Shown in pieces: positions 56,285 through 64,000 of a stretch of DNA of 64,000 nucleotides. A model generated the notes under the pieces. It made no database searches. It worked only from the letters and a program-made list of their open reading frames with translations, and was not told the origin of the DNA. A program made the translations under genes and the position numbers. This DNA is from Planctomycetota bacterium (GTDB taxonomy: Bacteria > Planctomycetota > UBA1135 > GCA-002686595). The stretch is taken from contig JAEUHZ010000045.1 of assembly GCA_016795205.1 (NCBI GenBank), positions 1 to 64,000 of the forward strand, written 5' to 3'. Each line of letters starts with the position of its first letter. Within the stretch, counting starts at the first letter, position 1.

Positions 56285-57274
56285 ATGCTCGCCGCATGGG
56301 GACTCGGCCTCTTGGCCGCGTCCGGCCTCTTCCAGTTCGAGGCGCCCGCGCACCGCGCTGTTCCCGGTCGCGTCGTCCTCGCCGCAGAGCCCCTTCCCAC
56401 GCGGGGGGGGGCCGCGGCTCGCGTGCCGGGGCGAGTAGCGCTCTCGTTCGCCTCGGGCGGCGTGGACCTCCCTGGCCCGCGCGAGGCCGCAGGCTCACCG
56501 GCCGCGGACCGCTCGCTGGCGCGGGCGATCGAGGACTCTGCGCGGATCGAGCTCTCCGGCGGCACCTGGTTGGAGTGGTACCACGCCGCGAACGACCACC
56601 GCCGTGAGCGCTCCTGGACGCGCGCACTGCGCCGCGCTCACGCCGCGGGAGCCACGGTCCACGCCAGCGGCGGAGCCGCAGCCTGGGTGGCGTCCTTCGC
56701 GCCCGTGCCACGCGCCGTGCTCGACAAGCCGGCCCAGGTGCCGCACGACCGCTCCCTCGACCTGCCGGTGGGCGGCTTGGGGCTCTGCGAGGGTCCGCTC
56801 GTCGGAGTGCTCGAGGCGGCGAGCCCCAGCGCGGACCGTGTCGTCGAGCGCGCGGTCACGTTCGGCTTCCGGAGCGTGCTGCTGCTCACCGGTCCGGTGG
56901 AGGTCGAGCTGGATCCGGCGGCGCGCACGGCCGAGATCCGCGCCGCGCCGGGCGGGTTCGCCTGCTGGATCGACCTGGGCGCCGGCACGCGCTCGCGGGG
57001 CGCGATTCGAGGCGCGCGCGTCGCGCTGCCGCAGGACGGCGACCTGCTCGAGCTCCGGACCGGCAGGCTGCGCGGCGCCGTCCCCCTCGCAGCGGGCGAC
57101 GTGCTCGGACCGCCGACGCAGCGGCTCTTGGCGCTCCTGAGCGCGCCACAGGGGGAGCCGGCACCGCCGCCCTGGCTGCGCGCCCCCCGCGCGTCCGGCG
57201 ACGAGCGCAGCGCACGCTCCCCGCTCGGGGGCCTCTCCGGCGTGAGGCTCGACTTCGAGTTGGCGGCCCCATGA
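56285..57274 (+). CDS. Hypothetical secreted protein (weak resemblance to S51/class-I glutamine-amidotransferase-like fold)
   Basis: Signal-like MLAAWGLGLLAASGLFQF. Segment GATVHASGGAAAWVASF could be a nucleophile elbow. Stop overlaps the downstream ECF sigma start (ATGA). Confidence 0.35.
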   Translation: MLAAWGLGLLAASGLFQFEAPAHRAVPGRVVLAAEPLPTRGGAAARVPGRVALSFASGGVDLPGPREAAGSPAADRSLARAIEDSARIELSGGTWLEWYHAANDHRRERSWTRALRRAHAAGATVHASGGAAAWVASFAPVPRAVLDKPAQVPHDRSLDLPVGGLGLCEGPLVGVLEAASPSADRVVERAVTFGFRSVLLLTGPVEVELDPAARTAEIRAAPGGFACWIDLGAGTRSRGAIRGARVALPQDGDLLELRTGRLRGAVPLAAGDVLGPPTQRLLALLSAPQGEPAPPPWLRAPRASGDERSARSPLGGLSGVRLDFELAAP

Positions 57275-57870
57275 GCCCCGGCCTCGAGGAGCTCCCGGAC
57301 GACGAGCAGACGCTGGTCGACCTCCAGCGCGCGCGCGCCGCGGACCAGGACGCCTGGCAGCGCCTTTACAGCGCCCACGAGTCGTTCATGCGCCGCGTGC
57401 TGCGCAATCGGATCCCGCGCAAGCTGCGCAGCCACTTCGACACGGAGGACCTGATGCAGTCGGCGTTCCTGACGCTGACGCAGCGCAGCGCCGAGCTCGA
57501 GGTCGGCGATGCGCGCAGCTTCCGCGGCTGGCTGGCGCGCGTGCTCGTGAACAAGCTCGTCGATCGGATCCGCGCCGCGGCGCGGCGCGAGCGCCAGGGC
57601 TTCGTCGAGACCAGGCCGCCCACGTCGGTCGTCGAGGCCCAGACCGACGACGGTCCGTCGCTCGAGGAGCTGGCCGAGCAGGCCGAGATCCTGGCCCGCA
57701 TGGTCGAGCGCATCCTGGCGCTGCCGCTCGACGACCGCGAGCTCGTCCTGGGACGCTTCGTCGACGGGCTGACGTGGGTGGAGCTCGCACGGCGCACGGG
57801 CTTGGCGCCCGCCACGGTCTCACGCCGCTATCAGGAACTCCTCGAGGGCGTGGTGCGCGGGTTCTTCTGA
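57271..57870 (+). CDS. ECF (sigma-70 family) RNA polymerase sigma factor
   Basis: Region 2 DLMQSAFLTLTQR...FRGWLARVLVNKLVDRIR and region 4 LTWVELARRTGLAPATVSRRYQELLE. Confidence 0.8.
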   Translation: MSPGLEELPDDEQTLVDLQRARAADQDAWQRLYSAHESFMRRVLRNRIPRKLRSHFDTEDLMQSAFLTLTQRSAELEVGDARSFRGWLARVLVNKLVDRIRAAARRERQGFVETRPPTSVVEAQTDDGPSLEELAEQAEILARMVERILALPLDDRELVLGRFVDGLTWVELARRTGLAPATVSRRYQELLEGVVRGFF

Positions 57871-57903
57871 ACGCACCGGCGGGGAGCAGACAGCACGAGC
57901 GGG

Positions 57904-60291
57904 ATGGACGTCGAAGACCACAGCGCAGGCCGCGGAGAGGACGCGACGAAGCTGTTCGCCGAGTACCTCGCGGCGCGCGAGCTCGGCGCCGCGCCCGAGG
58001 TCGACGACCTGTGCCGGCGCGCCGGAGCACAGGGCCCGGACCTGCGCGGCCGGATCCGCGCGCTGCACGTGCTCGACGACCTGGGCGACCTGCTGCGCGG
58101 CGCGGAAAGCTCGAGCGAAGAGGACGCGCAGGCAGAAGTGGAGTCCCTCCTCGGCGGCCTGGGCCGCTACCGCGACCTGCGCCTGCTCGGGCGCGGCGGC
58201 CTGTCGCGCGTCTACGTCGCGCGGGACCCCGAGCTCGAGCGGCACGTCGCGATCAAGGTCGTGTCCAACGCGCACGTGTCGCGCGAGGCGGCGCGCGGCT
58301 GGGTGCTCCAGGAGGGGCGCACGTTGGCGCGGCTCGAGCACCCCGGCATCGTGAGCGTGTTCGACCTGGGCGACGACGAGGGACGCACCTGGGTCGCGAT
58401 GGAGCTCGTGGACGGCCCGAGCCTGGCCGACGTCCTGGCCGAGCTGCGCGCGCAGCGGGCCGACGGCGCGAGCGCGAGCACGGACCCGCGGGTGCGAACG
58501 GCGGCGCAGAACCTGGCCAGCCTGGGCGCGCGCACCCAGGTCGGTCTGGGCATCGCGCGGGCGCTGGCTGCCTGCCACGAGGCCGGCGTCCTCCACCGCG
58601 ACGTGAAGCCCGGCAACGTGCTCCTCGAAGACGGCACGACGCCCAAGCTGATCGACTTCGGATTGGCGCACCTGGAGTCCGCCGAGGGCTCGCTGAACCA
58701 AGTCACCCAGCGGCTGGTCGCGACGCCGGCCTACGTGGCTCCCGAGCAGATCGAGCGCGGCGCGACCGGTGCCGATCCGCGCAGCGACCAGTTCTCGTTC
58801 GGCGTCCTGCTCTACGAGCTCCTGACGCTCCAGACGCCGTTCCAGCGCGCCACGCGCACCCAGACCCTGGACGCGGTGGCGCGCGCCGCGCCTCCGCCGC
58901 CGCGGCGTCTCGAAGCCGCGATCCCGCCCGACCTCGAGACGATCTGTCTGCGCGCGCTCGAGCGCGAGCCGGCCGAGCGCTATCCCTCGATGCGGGCCCT
59001 GGCCGACGACCTCGAGGCCTTCCTGGACCACCGCGCGATCGCGGCGCGACCGCCGGGGCTCGCGCGCCGCGCGCAACTCTTCGTGCGACGCCGCCGACGC
59101 GACCTGCTGCTGGTGGGCGTGCCGGCGATCGTGCTGCTCCTGGCGTGGGCCGCGCTGTGGACGCTGCGCGCACGCGCGGCGTGGATCGACTTCGAGGCGC
59201 GCTCGGCGGCCTTCGCCGCAGCGCTGCCGGGGCTGCGCAAGCCCGCGGAGGTGCAGACCGCGTTTCTCGCGGCACGCGAGCTCGAGCAGGACGCCCGCAC
59301 GCTGCCCGGCGCCTGGCTCGCGCCCGCGCTTGGGCTCCCGCAGGGCGCGTCGAGCGACTTCGCCCTGCAGCTCATCTCGCAACGGCTCTCGGCGCTCTTG
59401 GCCGCGGCGCGCGCTGATCTCCCCGACCTGAGCGCGCTCGAGCGCGAGGCCGAGGAGGACGCGGTCTTCCTCGAATGGGAGGCGGCCTTGGCCCTCGATC
59501 TCGCGCTGTGCCCCGCCTGCACCGCGAACGCGCTCGACCGACAGCGCGGCCGCGTCGACGTGCCGCCCGCACCGAACGGCACCAGCCTCGAGATCCTGCG
59601 CGCCGTGGCGGTCCCGACACCCTTCCTGCGCGGGCACGAGGCGGCGGGTGTGCTCGAACTGCTGACCTGGGGCGAGTATCGCGCGCTGTGGCGCGACGGG
59701 TCGGGCGGGGTGCTCGCGGAGCTGGACATCGAGGTGCACCGCAGCACTCCACGCACGACCCTGCACCTGCGCCCGATCCCGGCCGAGCTGCGCGCACGCT
59801 TGATCCGCGTCCCGGCGCAGGTCCGGCCACGGGACGAGTTCGGGCCGGCATTCTCCGTCGACGAGTTCTGGGCCACCGGGGGCTGGTTCGGACTCGAGGA
59901 CGTTCGGCGCGCGAGCGCGGAGCAGGAGCTGTCCGCTGACGGGCGCTCCGGAGACCGGGCTCCCCCGCTCAGGACGGCCATCGCGCCCGCGCACGCGGCC
60001 TGGTTCGCGCGCACCTGTGCACTGCGCCTACCCAGCGTGAACGAGGCGCGCTGCCTGCACGCGCTCGCTGCGGAGGCGGGGGCCAGCTTCGAGCCGCTCC
60101 CGCCCGAGTTCTACGGGGAGTACTGCAGCAGCCCGGCCGTGCGCGGTGAACGGAGCCACCTGCGGCACGTTGGACGGTTGGGCTCGCGCCCCGCCATCGT
60201 CAGCTTGCGGGATACCGCGCTGGCCATCGACGCCCCCTACGCCTTCCGACTCGTGCTCTCCACCGCACCCGCGACGGAGCCCACCCGATGA
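57904..60291 (+). CDS. Ser/Thr protein kinase with a long C-terminal extension (one TM segment, then a ~400-aa extracytoplasmic-like region)
   Basis: Hanks motifs [43 protein letters not shown] segment [20 protein letters not shown]-terminal region of unknown function. Confidence 0.85.
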   Translation: MDVEDHSAGRGEDATKLFAEYLAARELGAAPEVDDLCRRAGAQGPDLRGRIRALHVLDDLGDLLRGAESSSEEDAQAEVESLLGGLGRYRDLRLLGRGGLSRVYVARDPELERHVAIKVVSNAHVSREAARGWVLQEGRTLARLEHPGIVSVFDLGDDEGRTWVAMELVDGPSLADVLAELRAQRADGASASTDPRVRTAAQNLASLGARTQVGLGIARALAACHEAGVLHRDVKPGNVLLEDGTTPKLIDFGLAHLESAEGSLNQVTQRLVATPAYVAPEQIERGATGADPRSDQFSFGVLLYELLTLQTPFQRATRTQTLDAVARAAPPPPRRLEAAIPPDLETICLRALEREPAERYPSMRALADDLEAFLDHRAIAARPPGLARRAQLFVRRRRRDLLLVGVPAIVLLLAWAALWTLRARAAWIDFEARSAAFAAALPGLRKPAEVQTAFLAARELEQDARTLPGAWLAPALGLPQGASSDFALQLISQRLSALLAAARADLPDLSALEREAEEDAVFLEWEAALALDLALCPACTANALDRQRGRVDVPPAPNGTSLEILRAVAVPTPFLRGHEAAGVLELLTWGEYRALWRDGSGGVLAELDIEVHRSTPRTTLHLRPIPAELRARLIRVPAQVRPRDEFGPAFSVDEFWATGGWFGLEDVRRASAEQELSADGRSGDRAPPLRTAIAPAHAAWFARTCALRLPSVNEARCLHALAAEAGASFEPLPPEFYGEYCSSPAVRGERSHLRHVGRLGSRPAIVSLRDTALAIDAPYAFRLVLSTAPATEPTR

Positions 60292-60629
60292 GCACCACGA
60301 TCTCCATCTCCCGGAAGTCCGGATTCCACAAGAGTGACGCCCTGCGCGAGGACACGCTCCTGCGTGAGGAGGCCTTGCGCTTCTCCGCCTGGCTCGCGGA
60401 GCGCGAGCTCGAGACCGTGACGATGAATCAGGTCCTGGGGTTCGCGCGCGAGGCGGACGCGAGCGCCGCGTTGGCGCGCGCCGGCGTCGAGTACGAGTGG
60501 GTCTGGGTTCCCGAGGAGCAGAAGTGGATCCTCGTGTGCCGGGACGAGGGTCGCATCACGTACCGGGTCGACGAGGACGGCGACGAGGACCTGGTCGAGA
60601 TCCGGGTGGCGATCTCCGCGCGCTACTGA
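60288..60629 (+). CDS. Hypothetical small acidic protein co-transcribed with the kinase
   Basis: 113 aa. ATGA overlap with the kinase stop. No known domain. Confidence 0.35.
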   Translation: MSTTISISRKSGFHKSDALREDTLLREEALRFSAWLAERELETVTMNQVLGFAREADASAALARAGVEYEWVWVPEEQKWILVCRDEGRITYRVDEDGDEDLVEIRVAISARY

Positions 60630-60670
60630 AGCGGGCGTGCGGCCCCTGGCGCTGGGCTAGACTGGCGGCC

Positions 60671-63505
<2,835 letters not shown>

Positions 63506-63524
63506 GTGAGCCGCAGAGCATACG

Positions 63525-64000
63525 TCAACCGCGGTCGCGTCGGGAGTTGGCGGCGCGTGCGGCCGGACGTCCAACCGCGCGGCGGGCGCGCTCGTGCTCG
63601 ACCAGGCGCCACAGGGTCCAGCTCGCCACGCTGCACAGCGGCGACCACCGCTCGCGGCACGCCTCCAGAGCGCGTGGCCCGGGACGCTCCGCCAAACCTT
63701 CGAGGATCCGCAGCCCCTCCTGCAGCCCCAGGTCGCCCGGGGCCAGCACGTCGAGCCGGCCGAGGCGGAACAGGAGGAACATCTGGGCGCTCCACACGCC
63801 GATGCCGCGCACCTCCACCAGCCGCTCGACGATCTCGTCGTCGCGGAGCCGTCCGATGCCCCCGAGCCGCAGGCGCCCGCTCTCGACGCGGGCGGCGAGG
63901 TCGCGCACGGCGGCGACCTTGGCCGCGGAGAGTCCCGCGGCGCGCAGGGCGGCGTCGTCGAGCGTCGCGATCTCTCCCGGCTGTGGGAAGCGCGCGCCCG
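63525..64000 (-). CDS. HhH-GPD DNA glycosylase (AlkA/3-methyladenine glycosylase II-like), partial: N-terminus beyond window end
   Basis: LSAAKVAAVRDLAARVESGRL...EIVERLVEVRGIGVWSAQMFLLFRLGRLDVLAPGDLGLQEG is the helix-hairpin-helix GPD signature. The reading frame continues open upstream to position 64000. Confidence 0.65.
   Translation of the reverse strand, partial: GARFPQPGEIATLDDAALRAAGLSAAKVAAVRDLAARVESGRLRLGGIGRLRDDEIVERLVEVRGIGVWSAQMFLLFRLGRLDVLAPGDLGLQEGLRILEGLAERPGPRALEACRERWSPLCSVASWTLWRLVEHERARRAVGRPAARAANSRRDRG

Noticed and set aside
57904-60291. Possible formylglycine-generating-enzyme (FGE) domain in the kinase C-terminus ([20 protein letters not shown])
   Set aside because: The similarity rests on one short RLP-like motif. 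The conserved FGE Cys pair and Ca-binding residues could not be located by eye, so this is left as unknown.

Overview
This is a high-GC (~72%) bacterial chromosomal segment, densely packed with genes on both strands. Its gene content looks Myxococcota-like (several ECF sigma factors, a Ser/Thr kinase, an FmdB zinc ribbon, CarboxypepD_reg-repeat secreted giants, DUF1570 proteins); this lineage call is inference only. Many long antisense ORFs in the six-frame track are GC artefacts and are rejected below.

Conserved landmarks, in order:
- tRNA-Glu at the left edge
- an NfeD-flotillin operon
- a 17-bp tandem repeat array
- pepP
- two tandem tRNA-Lys genes (CUU and UUU)
- the rpsB-tsf-pyrH-frr operon
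- a GGDEF protein
- a heat-shock cluster: two tandem groEL paralogues with no groES, then dnaJ, grpE and an FmdB zinc ribbon
- lpxB
- lepB
- apaH
- an EamA transporter
- a NUDIX hydrolase
- a TPP riboswitch controlling thiC, with thiO convergent on the other strand
- a partial HhH-GPD glycosylase at the right edge

Candidate accessory or novel modules:
1. Two tandem ~1000-aa secreted proteins made of repeated carboxypeptidase-regulatory-like beta-sandwich domains. They sit divergent from a translationally coupled pair of DUF1570 proteins plus a lipoprotein. Each DUF1570 protein carries an M1-aminopeptidase-like HExxH-x18-E (WLNE) gluzincin signature.
2. An operon of ECF sigma factor, anti-sigma factor, YbjQ and a secreted prenyltransferase/squalene-oxidase-repeat protein.
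3. An MreB-fold actin-like ATPase co-oriented with a degenerate GGDEF/coiled-coil protein.
4. A DprE1/DprE2-like FAD-oxidase plus SDR pair with a GTGA start/stop overlap, next to a 1132-aa CRTAC1-like FG-GAP/ASPIC lipoprotein.
5. A second operon of ECF sigma factor, Ser/Thr kinase and a small protein.

No CRISPR array, transposase or integrase was seen.
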